Part shown: one piece after another, positions 1 through 8,600 of the stretch
Layout of the letters: each line of letters begins with the position of its first letter
How positions within the stretch are numbered: position 1 is the first letter of the stretch
Source of the DNA: Arenicellales bacterium
Lineage (GTDB): Bacteria; Pseudomonadota; Gammaproteobacteria; Arenicellales; JAJDZL01
Length of the DNA stretch: 64,000 nucleotides
Reading direction: 5' to 3'
Assembly (NCBI GenBank): GCA_963664525.1
Contig: OY761535.1
Location: forward strand, 1,180,046 to 1,244,045
Notes under the pieces: generated by a model
Databases searched by the model: none
Told to the model about the DNA's origin: nothing
Seen by the model: only the letters and a program-made list of their open reading frames with translations
Position numbers and translations under genes: made by a program

Positions 1-653
1 TGTCAAACGCTATGTCGCGATGCAGCGCGCACTCGGTTACCGATACCATATTCAGGAACAGACACTATCAAATTTTGCTGACTATGCTGACAATCGCAAC
101 GAAAGCACAATACGAACCGACACCGTAATCACGTGGATTGAAGCATCAAAAAACGCCTCGCATGCCTGGCGTGTCGGGAAATTGCGCATGGTGCGCGCAT
201 TTGCTTGCTGGATGCATGCAGAAGATCCACGCCATCAAGTGCCTTCGCGCGACACTTTGGGACGTGCGCTTTATCGCAGAGCGACTCCGTACCTGCTGTC
301 GGCGCAAGACACGCACAAAATCCTGTCAGCCGCTTTGGACACAGAACCTGTAGCAACCATTACGCCGCTGACTTGGCACTATCTGTTCGGATTAATCGCA
401 GCAACCGGAATTCGTATCAGTGAGGCGCTGTCGCTGACTTTCGATGACCTTGTCGATGATGGACTCGTGATTCGGGGCACAAAGTTCAAAAAGTCTCGTA
501 TGGTCGTGCTGCACCCGACCGTGCAGGAGGCAATTGATCGCTACTTAATGCAGCGTCGCCGCGAAAAAGGGGACGACAAGCATCTGTTTGTGATTTCAAC
601 AGGACGACCGCCATCGCTTCGGTACGTACAGTCAGTGTTCAATTCCCTAGTTC

Positions 654-2441
654 GTGTTTGACAGAAAACCAAAATAGAGTATAATATGTCAATATAAACA
701 ATGATGTAGAGGCAGACTTCTGGCACCGAAGATTTCCCGAATCAAGCCAAATATTCGCCTAAAACCCCCAAATTTCTCCTTTTTGATACAATCTTCAGGC
801 CCTGACCATGCGAAAAGTCAAATCCACACAATCTGAACTGGGCGGCACCTTTATCGCCGATATCGTCATTAGCTCGAAATCGCGCGATGACATTCCGGCC
901 TTGCTCAGGGGTCTGCAATATCTGTATACCAACCCGCAGTTGCGAAGCGAAGTCTTTACACTGCTTGATGCACAAGTGAATCCCAAAGCCCGTAAGGACA
1001 CCGGTCGTCCGGGCATGGAGCTTTGGCGCATTCTGGTCCTGGCGATCCTCAAGCAGGGTCTGAATTGCGATTACGACCGCCTCACTGAGCTGGCCAACGA
1101 GCATGGCACCTTGCGACAAATGCTGGGCCACGGGGTGATGGCGCACGAATACGAGCGACAAACCGTGATGGATAACGTCACCTTGCTGAGCCCGCAACTG
1201 TTGGCCAAGATCAACCAACTGCTGGTCCAGGCCGGCCACGAGGTGGTTAGAAAAAAGCCTGGCGAAACATTGCGCGGGCGTTGTGATTCGTTCTGCGTTC
1301 AAACGGATGTTCATTTTCCAACCGATGTCAATTTGTTGTTTGATGCCATGCGTTGCAGCATCACAACAGCGGTCTGGCTCGCCGAGCAGTTGGATCTTGA
1401 GGGCTGGCGCCAGCATCGTCATATTCAAAAAAAGATCAAACAAGCATTCAACCGCGTGCGAACGTCCAAGAAGAATAAGAATTCGCCCGTGCAGGTGAAC
1501 GAGTACCTGGCCCAGTGTCAACAATACCTGAATCGTGCACAGGGTACGCTCAAGCAGGTCGAGGCGTTTGAGCTGACGCTTTTTCAGCAAGCTAAAGTCG
1601 TGCAACTTCAAAACTATATCCGCCACGCACACCGTCAGATCGATCAGGTCACGCGGCGCTTGGTGCGCGAGGAGAAGATTCCTCACCGGGACAAAGTGTT
1701 TTCGGTCTTTGAGCCACACACCCGTTGGGTGGTCAAAGGCAAAGCCGGTGTCCCGCAAGAGCTCGGCGTGCCGGTCTGTGTGGTGGAGGACCACTACCGA
1801 TTTATCCTGCATCACCGTATCCTGTGGGACGGCAGTGATGTTGACCATGCTGTACCGGTCATCGAGCAAGCCCGGCAAAGCTTTCCTGACTTGAACAGCT
1901 GCAGTTTCGATCGTGGCTTTCATTCGCCGGCCAATCAGGTGGCGCTCGGTGAGTTGCTCGATGAATGCGCACTGCCGAAAAAAGGCTATCGCAATATCAA
2001 CGACAAGATGCATGAGTCGCAGCCGTGGTTCAAAGCCGCGCGTGGCAAGCACCCTGGCATTGAGTCGGCGATCAATCATCTGGAGCACTGCGGGCTGGAC
2101 CGGGTTCGGGACCACGGCAAAACAGGTTTTGCCCGTGCGGTGGCGCTGTCGGTACTGGCTGCCAATCTGAAGCGGCTGGGTAGGATCTTGCGCGACAAAG
2201 AGCGTCAGAAACTCGCCCGTCAGCAGCGTTTGCGCGCCGCTTAGCATTTCAATTCACCCATCGGAAACGAAAATCCGGGTGCCGGAGGCACGGCTGTGGG
2301 CTAAATTCGTGATTTTGCCCTGTTTTGGCACTGGATTGTCACAATTCGCCCTGACAGTCCGGCGTTAGTCTTGCTCGGGCTCATTGTCGGTCAAATGTAT
2401 TCTGAATTCTCGCCTAAAATCGGGGGTTTTCTGACTGACAC
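654..2441 (+). mobile_element. Complete 1788-bp insertion sequence (IS4/IS5 superfamily, ISNCY/IS1182-like) inserted in the recombinase gene
   Basis: Imperfect terminal inverted repeats: GTGTTTGACAGAAAACC (654-670) versus the reverse complement of 2425-2441, GTGTCAGTCAGAAAACC (14/17). Flanked by a direct 6-bp duplication TAGTTC (648-653 and 2442-2447). Contains a single long transposase ORF. Confidence 0.8.
808..2244 (+). CDS. DDE transposase (IS5/IS1182/ISNCY-like), 478 aa
   Basis: ATG at 808. The N-terminal segment GRPGMELWRILVLAILKQGLNCDYDRLTELANEHGTLRQMLG resembles the InsH-type (DUF772) transposase N-domain. The C-terminal box HPGIESAINHLEHCGLDRVRDHG resembles the conserved C-terminal motif of IS5/IS1182-type transposases. 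The ORF sits between the IRs. The exact IS family was not determined. Confidence 0.8.
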   Translation: MRKVKSTQSELGGTFIADIVISSKSRDDIPALLRGLQYLYTNPQLRSEVFTLLDAQVNPKARKDTGRPGMELWRILVLAILKQGLNCDYDRLTELANEHGTLRQMLGHGVMAHEYERQTVMDNVTLLSPQLLAKINQLLVQAGHEVVRKKPGETLRGRCDSFCVQTDVHFPTDVNLLFDAMRCSITTAVWLAEQLDLEGWRQHRHIQKKIKQAFNRVRTSKKNKNSPVQVNEYLAQCQQYLNRAQGTLKQVEAFELTLFQQAKVVQLQNYIRHAHRQIDQVTRRLVREEKIPHRDKVFSVFEPHTRWVVKGKAGVPQELGVPVCVVEDHYRFILHHRILWDGSDVDHAVPVIEQARQSFPDLNSCSFDRGFHSPANQVALGELLDECALPKKGYRNINDKMHESQPWFKAARGKHPGIESAINHLEHCGLDRVRDHGKTGFARAVALSVLAANLKRLGRILRDKERQKLARQQRLRAA

Positions 2442-2699
2442 TAGTTCAGAAAGTGGGAATCTGTCTACCCGGCAAACGCGGTCCAACGGTACATTCATTG
2501 AGACACTCGTTCGCGACAAGATCTTTGGAAAACCTGCCTGCCAGGGGCGACCCGGGGCGCCACATGCTGGCACTGGCCACCTATTTGGGCCATGTCAACA
2601 TCACATCCACTTACTGGTATTTGGAATTCTCGCCGAAACTGCAACGAGCCATTGCTGAGGCGACAGAACAGATTCATTTGATTGAGTGTGGAGGCGGTC

Positions 2700-3689
2700 A
2701 TGACTGATCTTGCACCGCACCTTGCCGATTTCCTGCAACGCTATCTGCCTGGAACACGACGTTTCAGTCACCACACCGTGCAAAGCTATACGGAATGTTT
2801 TCGGCTGCTTGCACTTTACGCAGCGATTCGGTTCGACATTCGTCCGAGTGAACTGAAAATCGAGCACCTAGCGCCTTGCGTGGTGACGGACTTTCTCGAC
2901 CAATTGGAACGAGACCGTCAAAACTGTGCGGCGACCTGCAATATCCGCCTCGCTGCCATCAAGTCTTTCTTCCGCTATCTGGAATATCGCCTGCCAGCCT
3001 GTCTGGAGCTGGCGCTGCAGGTGAGCGCAATTCCACAAAGGCGCGCATCGCAACCTTTGATCGACTGGCTTGAGAGCGCCGAGATTCAGGCAATTCTGGA
3101 TGCCCCCGATACGCGTGCACTCGCAGGTATGAGAGACCGAGCGATGCTGCATCTGTGTTACGCTGCCGCATTGCGGGTCTCTGAGCTGACTGCGCTGACC
3201 ATCGACAGCCTCCAAGGGACACGGCTGGAAACCGTACGCATCCTCGGCAAGGGCCGACGCGAACGTGAACTGCCGTTGTGGAAAGAGACTCGAGTTGCTG
3301 TTGGCGCGTGGTTGCAAGTGCGCCCTTCAGTGAACAACCGCTGGTTGTTTCTAAACGCCCGTGGATCTGCCATGAGTACTGACGGATTCGCTTATATTCT
3401 CAGCCGCCATGTTGAGACGGCGACACGATCGATGCCGTCATTGAAAAACAAGCGCATAACTCCGCACGTCATTCGACATTCAACGGCCATGACTGTGTTG
3501 CGTGCCACCGGGGATATTCGCAAAGTGTCGCTGTGGCTGGGCCATGCCAACGTGAAAACAACTGAATCGTACCTGCGAGCGAGTCCCGTTGAGAAACTCG
3601 AGATTCTTAAGGCCAACGCGCCACCTTCACTTCGGCCGGGGACTTTCCATGGTGTGCAGGATCACCTGATGCAGATTCTTAGCGGATAG
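2700..3689 (+). CDS. Tyrosine recombinase (XerC/D-like), last gene of the tandem recombinase array (RitC-like)
   Basis: ATG at 2700 overlaps the upstream recombinase stop (2705-2707); the ORF-track start at 2682 is a TTG. Motifs: RDRAMLHLCYAAALRVSEL (box I Arg), HVIRHSTAMTVL (H-x-x-R), LGHANVKTTESYL (catalytic Tyr). Confidence 0.85.
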   Translation: MTDLAPHLADFLQRYLPGTRRFSHHTVQSYTECFRLLALYAAIRFDIRPSELKIEHLAPCVVTDFLDQLERDRQNCAATCNIRLAAIKSFFRYLEYRLPACLELALQVSAIPQRRASQPLIDWLESAEIQAILDAPDTRALAGMRDRAMLHLCYAAALRVSELTALTIDSLQGTRLETVRILGKGRRERELPLWKETRVAVGAWLQVRPSVNNRWLFLNARGSAMSTDGFAYILSRHVETATRSMPSLKNKRITPHVIRHSTAMTVLRATGDIRKVSLWLGHANVKTTESYLRASPVEKLEILKANAPPSLRPGTFHGVQDHLMQILSG

Positions 3690-3701
3690 GAATGTGCAGG
3701 A

Positions 3702-3814
3702 TTAATGCCGAGTGATTTCGCTCCAAAACCGCGCTTCATGCGGGGGTTGCGTAATTTCTCGGCATTAACAACCACTCGGCATTAAACTTGTAACGCCGAG
3801 CTCGGCATTACAAG
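3702..3814. repeat. Cluster of 11-bp CTCGGCATTAA motifs ending in a 28-bp near-perfect palindrome; probable terminal recombinase-binding region of the RIT-like element
   Basis: TTAATGCCGAG at 3702-3712 (inverted). CTCGGCATTAA at 3758-3768 and 3775-3785. Palindrome CTTGTAACGCCGAG/CTCGGCATTACAAG at 3787-3814 (1 mismatch). It lies directly 3' of the last recombinase gene and abuts the truncation point of istA. Confidence 0.6.
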
Positions 3815-4449
3815 TTATCAGGAACGATGAAGTTCGTCACTCCGCCAAAGAACTTGAGCATGGCGCTACAGCAGTGCAGCCAGTCAGGCAGTGATTGCGA
3901 CCACACTGCGATGACGAAAGTGTAGTGGGAGGCGCCCAGTGCGCCGACGAAGATCTCGGCTTTGCGATCGTCGACCGGAACGGTCAGACCGGAAAAATCG
4001 ACAAACGCTTTGTCGCCGGGCTCGTGGACCTGGCGCATCGATAATTTTTGAGATTTACGCCAGGTGGCGTAATCGCGGGTGAACTGCGAGTAGCTCAGTC
4101 GATAGCCGCTTTGGCAGTGTTCTTGCCACAGCAGCTTTTGGGTGACGCCTTTATGGCGCAGTTGTTCTCGCACTTGTGCGTAATCGACCTGGTATTGGTC
4201 ATCGCTGTTCGGCGTCGGGCCGGCGTACACTTGGGCCCATTGCTGTTCATCGATCGGATGATCCAGGGGCCATTTCAGATTCAGGATCTGTGCCGTTTTG
4301 AGCACTTTTTGCACCGTGCTCTTACTAACCTGGACCGCCGCGGCGATGTCGCGCACCGACAACCCGCAGTCATGCCCTAATCGTAGTATTTCGATTTGCT
4401 TTTGCATTGTGATTTTCCTTCTGCTCATTGCGCCTTGCTCCGCTTTCAA
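3808..4449 (-). pseudogene. istA: IS21-family transposase IstA, N-terminal ~210 aa only (truncated at the VPDNL motif)
   Basis: HTH N-terminus (IEILRLGHDCGLSVRDIAAAVQVSKSTVQKVL), then KAFVDFSG...FVIAVWSQS...VPDNL, ending in a stop supplied by the adjoining palindrome. Intact IstA proteins continue for roughly another 200+ aa past this point. Confidence 0.8.
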
Positions 4450-4470
4450 TGGTGAATCAATTCACCATTG
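4447..4470. promoter_or_regulatory. 24-bp palindrome (11-bp perfect arms) at the 5' end of istA
   Basis: CAATGGTGAAT-CA-ATTCACCATTG. It overlaps the first (TTG) start candidate of the istA fragment. A possible operator; no functional evidence. Confidence 0.3.
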
Positions 4471-4560
4471 AAATGCCAAAGCCAAAGGCAAGTCAAGTTT
4501 TGTGGGAAAATGCTCGCTTGAGGGCCGGTTCGGGCCAGCAACTCAAGTCAATGCAAAGGC

Positions 4561-4680
4561 GTGTCCTTTTTGATGCGATTCACTGTCCGCTAAAATGCGA
4601 ATCGCTGTCCTTTTTGATGCGATTAGGTGTCCTTTTATTCTGCAATCGCCTGTCCGTATACTATGCGATTATGCAGTCCG
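4561..4680. repeat. IS21-type multiple terminal repeats (six copies of a ~(C/G)TGTCC...GCGAT motif)
   Basis: TGTCC cores at 4562-4566, 4584-4588, 4616-4620, 4628-4632 and 4651-4655, plus AGTCC at 4675-4679. Each sits in a similar context (e.g. GTGTCCTTTTTGATGCGATT occurs twice). IS21-family ends characteristically carry such repeated IstA-binding sites. Confidence 0.7.
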
Positions 4681-6031
4681 AACGCCAGTGGTGAATCGGC
4701 CTGACCTTAAGGTGCATGGTCTTAATGGTCCGGAACGCCCGTTCAACCCCACACAGAGACTTATAGGCGCGCACACACTCGGGCGCACTCATGTCTTGGG
4801 CTGACACCGACGTGCGAATCACGTAGACCCCATCAAGCTTGGCTTCATCGGCAATCGAGTGCTCATTGCGATGATAGGTGAACGAGGTATCGTCGATCTT
4901 CCACACAAAGTGTTTTTTCATCTTGTAGCGACTGATCACCTGGCCAAGTTTCACGCCGATCTCGGCACAACCTTGCAGGCGTTTTTGCTTAACTGACTCA
5001 CAAATCTCATCCAGCAACACTTCCGTGGCCTTTAACAGTGCTTCGCGTTTGTGCATACGGCGTTTGGCCAGTGCCGCATTGCGACACACCAACAGCCGCT
5101 CGTTGGGAAACTGTGGATGGTGGACCTCCACTAAGCTTGTGGTGTCGCCGGCATCAATCATCCCGTCGCGCATCAGTTTACGGATCGTCTGGCTTTTGAG
5201 CGCACTAATCCATTTAAAATCTGTGTACTGCCTAAGTGCTTCAATCTGTGCCGTGGCAATCATGCCGCGATCGCCCACCACCACGACCTTGGACAGTGCA
5301 AAGCGCCGCTGCAGGCGGCGCAGCTCCGCGGTCAGTGTCACCGTGTCTGAAACATTCCCCGGATGGACTGATATCGAGACCGGACGCCCCAGACGGTCAC
5401 ACAAAAGCCCGTAGTTGACCTGCAGTTTGCCGCGCTTTTTGTCGCGGTTGTAACCGTAGCGCGCCAGCGCACAGCGCTCACCCTCGAAATAACTGGAACT
5501 CAGATCGTACAGCACCAGGTCGCCATCGTTTAAATGACGCCTGGCCAGTTTACCTTGAATACGGTTTTGACGCGTTAACAGCCAGTCCATTGCGCCGTAC
5601 AGCTCATCGACCTTGGCATCCACAACGTTGAAGTGCTCGGCAAAAGTGGTGGTGTCCCACCACCGGGTGGTGGGCAGCTTGGTCTGTGGACGCACGATTC
5701 TGGCGGCCACCATGGCACACACCAGGTCGCGTTCGCGACTTGCAGTCGAGCCGATCAGGTGTTGGAAGTGGAGTTTCTCGAAGGCTTTGAGCACTGCCAT
5801 GGCCGGGCCGTGGATCCGGCTTTGAGTAATTTCGAATGCCTGATTGACTTCCATGTAGTCGATACCGGCGAGATGTCCTTTGATCAACTCGATCATACGC
5901 GGGTCGGCTTTAGACAGGTTGCCGAGGGTGTGTTTTTGCCGTTTGCCGTGTTTGTCGACGTAGGTTTCGCGCAGCAGAGTACAGCGGTGGGTTTTTCCTT
6001 TGTAGGTGGTTTTGGTGATGGAGATGTGCAT
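4661..6031 (-). pseudogene. IS1634-family (IS4-related) transposase, C-terminus truncated by the IS21 end
   Basis: The N-terminus MHISITKTTYKGKTHRCTLLRETYVDKHGKRQKHTLGNLS fits the typical IS1634-family N-terminal pattern. The C-terminal ...ERAFRTIKTMHLKVRPIHHW then diverges (RSDCIIA*) exactly where the IS21 repeats begin. Confidence 0.75.
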
Positions 6032-6430
6032 GGGCGCAGATCTATTTAGTGCCTAATATATAAGAAACTATTATACAAGATATTGGTGCAATTAAGAGGA
6101 TTAGATCGCCATTAACTGCGACATACAGAGTATGAGACGGAAGATGGAAAAGGATGAAGAAGAATGTTAATTTATTATTTAGTGCCTCTTATACTAAAAA
6201 AGACACAATCATCACTTGAGAAGATAACGCTTTATTACCCGCAACTTACGAGTATCAATATGCGGAAATTGCCTCGGAACTTCAGGTTAGTCGTTCCACA
6301 TCAATTCAAGGATCGAATACGAGAATATTAAAAAATATTCCGAATAGATTCGAGTTATCAGAAAAGATTTTTTTTGGAAACATTCCGGGACTTGCATCTG
6401 CAGTTGTACAATTCGCGAATGGTTAAGCAA

Positions 6431-6562
6431 ATTGACGGCGAAACTTAATGTGTGTGCAATTTCTTGCTCCATACAACCGCTTGATTTGTTGATCATTCAA
6501 ACCAGTGTAGTTGTATGGTCTATATTTGTTCAAAGAACAAAGACAAAGAATTCGCCGTCAAT
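6431..6562 (-). ncRNA. Candidate structured ncRNA immediately 3' of the large RT (possible RT template/scaffold RNA)
   Basis: Outer 12-bp perfect stem: ATTGACGGCGAA (6431-6442) pairs with TTCGCCGTCAAT (6551-6562). It encloses a 9-bp stem (CCATACAAC 6469-6477 / GTTGTATGG 6510-6518) and a 6-7-bp hairpin (TTGTTC-AAA-GAACAA, 6526-6540). On the RT-sense strand a CACACACA tract (6449-6456) lies 6 nt before the 3' arm of the outer stem. It starts 17 nt after the RT stop codon. Strand and true ends are inferred. Confidence 0.5.
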
Positions 6563-6578
6563 CGCAAACCAATGTAGG

Positions 6579-8411
6579 TTAAGAATATACGGAACTCAAC
6601 TCTTTCTTTTCAATAATATTACGTAAATTGATACCTTGCCATTGTACAAACCAGTGCTGTTTTTCAATTTCAATAACTAGCCTCTTTGCATCTACTTTCT
6701 TGATTATTTTTAAACTAGAATCTTCATCTCGGAGTTTCTTCCAGATATCTAAAAGAAGTTTTTGACGATTTTGAATCGGAATGAATGGACATGAAAGCAG
6801 GTCCAATAATAAATGTGCAAGTTCAGTTTCTTTGGTGATTGAGTAAATCTCTGATTTTAATTTTTTGCAAGCTGTCGCAAAAACCGCATCTCGTTGATTA
6901 ATGAATTTTGGGTTGTCTTTATAGATGAACAGTTGAACAATAATTTGAAAATATCGGTCATCGGAAGTACCACGCCTCGCTTTATCTAGCAACTTGGATT
7001 CAACAGAACTGTCTGTGCAAAATTCTTGAAGCGCGACGAGTATATTCAGAAGTTCGATTGGAACGACCGAGCGTTTTTCGAGTAGCGGGGTAAGTGTTGG
7101 TGAATCCACAAGCATATTTGTCCATCGCAAAATAGATTCTTGTAAAACTTCCAATCCCTCTATGTCGTGTTCTTTCATGTATTGTGCACTTACTACCATA
7201 GCGTGAGAAAGTCGAAAAGATGATGCTACAGTGGGATGTAGAGTAAAGAAGTAAAATCCGACATCTAGAATGAATAACATTAGTTTACGATAGTACGCAA
7301 CACCAACGCCATACTCCTTATCATAATTGTCACATAGCTCGATAAGCTTGCGTTTCATTGCACCAACCAAATAGTTGGATACCGCATCATACCCCATGTC
7401 AGATGAATAGCATGCAGCTTTCACTCGACGTGTGAAGTTACCAAACAATGATCGATAACGATATATTCGAATGGGAATTTGAATTTGGCGATCATTGTAT
7501 GTTTTAGTCTCAAGAGTCTTTTTCCAAAGATATTGAATACTTTCATTTACCTTATCGATAACCAAAGACTTCCGAGTATAGAAAGGACGGATTAGTTTCT
7601 CAGTTTTTGACAAATTTAAATGTAGTTTATACTCACGCAATGCTATAGACAATTCGTGTTGAACAGCGGAAAGATATTCCTCTGAATTCGCAAAAATATA
7701 GTAATTGTCGACGTAACGTCTACAATCATAGTCCGAACGTTCGAGTATCTTTTTATCTGCTAAACTTTCAAAAACTACTTGATCTACCTTCGACAATATA
7801 ATTTCAGCGAAAATTCGGCTCGTTTCGGGACCAATGCAAATACCACTAGTTTCATTGTGGTTTATTTTTTGCATTAATCTGTCAAAATTATTGCCAAACG
7901 TCGAGGAAAACGTATATTTCTTTGCAATGCTTTTGTTAATCACCGCCCAAGCAATTGTGTGAGTGTAAATGCTATCAAAACACTTACTAACATCGAGCAT
8001 CAGCCGATATTTGTATTTTTTTTCGAGTCGTGTGTGATCTTCTGAGAGAAAAAAACGATAGAGGCGACTATATCCAAAATATGAGAAGTAGCTGGCAGGA
8101 TTTCTAGCTATGTTCTCAATGTCTATCGTATCAATGGTAGATTTTCTAAATTTGTTTACGTCGTTATCCGCAGATTTGAAGAAGAATGAAGTACCTACTT
8201 TTTTAGGATGGCGAATTGAATAATGACCGCGGCTAGTATACAGACAAATGAGGTGATGATATTCTTCGTAAAACTTGGCAATTTCTACTTGTCCAAATGG
8301 GTGAATTAAACTGAGGGTACGAATGCTATCTGCATCTTTTACGATATTGTATCGGAGGGGAATAGTGCACTTACGGTCATTGTAAACAAGTACATTAATC
8401 AGATTTTGCAA
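6579..8411 (-). CDS. Reverse transcriptase, 610 aa, RT domain + ~280-aa helical C-terminal domain (UG/Abi-type; best guess UG8 / Drt3b-like)
   Basis: RT motifs: LDVSKCFDSIYTH (A), GICIGPETSRIFAEIIL (B), RRYVDNYYIF (C, YVDN rather than YVDD), LHLNLSKTEK (D). The C-terminal ~280 aa looks alpha-helical/repeat-like. No maturase/endonuclease, no retron VTG motif and no HEPN R-x4-6-H motif were seen. The start is a TTG at 8411, the first start codon after an in-frame TGA, with no obvious SD. Very AT-rich. Confidence 0.85.
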   Translation of the reverse strand: MQNLINVLVYNDRKCTIPLRYNIVKDADSIRTLSLIHPFGQVEIAKFYEEYHHLICLYTSRGHYSIRHPKKVGTSFFFKSADNDVNKFRKSTIDTIDIENIARNPASYFSYFGYSRLYRFFLSEDHTRLEKKYKYRLMLDVSKCFDSIYTHTIAWAVINKSIAKKYTFSSTFGNNFDRLMQKINHNETSGICIGPETSRIFAEIILSKVDQVVFESLADKKILERSDYDCRRYVDNYYIFANSEEYLSAVQHELSIALREYKLHLNLSKTEKLIRPFYTRKSLVIDKVNESIQYLWKKTLETKTYNDRQIQIPIRIYRYRSLFGNFTRRVKAACYSSDMGYDAVSNYLVGAMKRKLIELCDNYDKEYGVGVAYYRKLMLFILDVGFYFFTLHPTVASSFRLSHAMVVSAQYMKEHDIEGLEVLQESILRWTNMLVDSPTLTPLLEKRSVVPIELLNILVALQEFCTDSSVESKLLDKARRGTSDDRYFQIIVQLFIYKDNPKFINQRDAVFATACKKLKSEIYSITKETELAHLLLDLLSCPFIPIQNRQKLLLDIWKKLRDEDSSLKIIKKVDAKRLVIEIEKQHWFVQWQGINLRNIIEKKELSSVYS

Positions 8412-8542
8412 ACAAGGAGACTTAGCTCTAAAATCAATTGAACGAAGCCGCTACGCGGCAGACCCTTCATTCGACCGTCAACGATAACGATCCAGATCGT
8501 AAGATTATCCCACCGCTGAGTTCAAAGTAGCCTATTGTAAGA

Positions 8543-8586
8543 GGTGGTGCCCGCGCCAACGGTACACCACCTTTTTTTTATTTTTT
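8543..8586 (+). terminator. Rho-independent-type hairpin + T-run inside the left end of the IS91-like element
   Basis: GGTGGTG (8543-8549) / CACCACC (8565-8571), followed by TTTTTTTTATTTTTT. No + strand gene lies upstream, so it may insulate the IS genes from read-in transcription or form part of the IS end structure. Confidence 0.5.
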
Positions 8587-8600
8587 ACAAGGAGACTACC

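Larger units (their letters stand above)
2..2707 (+). pseudogene. Tyrosine recombinase (phage-integrase family), penultimate gene of a tandem-recombinase (RIT-like) array; 5' end off-window; split by an IS insertion
   Basis: The frame is open from base 2 (VKRYVAMQRALGYRY...) to the stop at 659-661. The catalytic C-terminus resumes after the IS (GPTVHSLRHSFATR ... LGHVNITSTYWYL = H-x-L-R-H box and catalytic Tyr). Removing 654-2447 (IS plus one TSD copy) restores one continuous frame: ...SVFNSLV|QKVGICLPGKRGPTVHSLRH... Confidence 0.75.
3811..4680 (-). mobile_element. IS21-family remnant (left end plus 5' part of istA only)
   Basis: Truncated IstA ORF plus an array of TGTCC-containing terminal repeats at 4561-4680. 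There is no istB and no second end. Both junction coordinates are approximate. Confidence 0.75.

Noticed and set aside
742-2247. 501-aa ORF on the minus strand covering the whole IS transposase gene
   Set aside because: It is the antisense shadow of the 478-aa transposase ORF in GC-rich DNA. It has no recognisable motifs, whereas the plus-strand product has clear transposase N- and C-terminal boxes and fits between the IRs.
4561-4680. Possible CRISPR-like array, given regularly spaced repeats
   Set aside because: The repeat units are ~20 nt, degenerate and directly abutting, without unique spacers of CRISPR size. They adjoin an IS21 istA fragment, so they match IS21-type multiple terminal repeats. 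No CRISPR array was seen anywhere in the window.
6287-6496. 69-aa minus-strand ORF downstream of the large RT
   Set aside because: It overlaps the nested stem structure and has no SD or family resemblance. The region is better explained as structured non-coding RNA.
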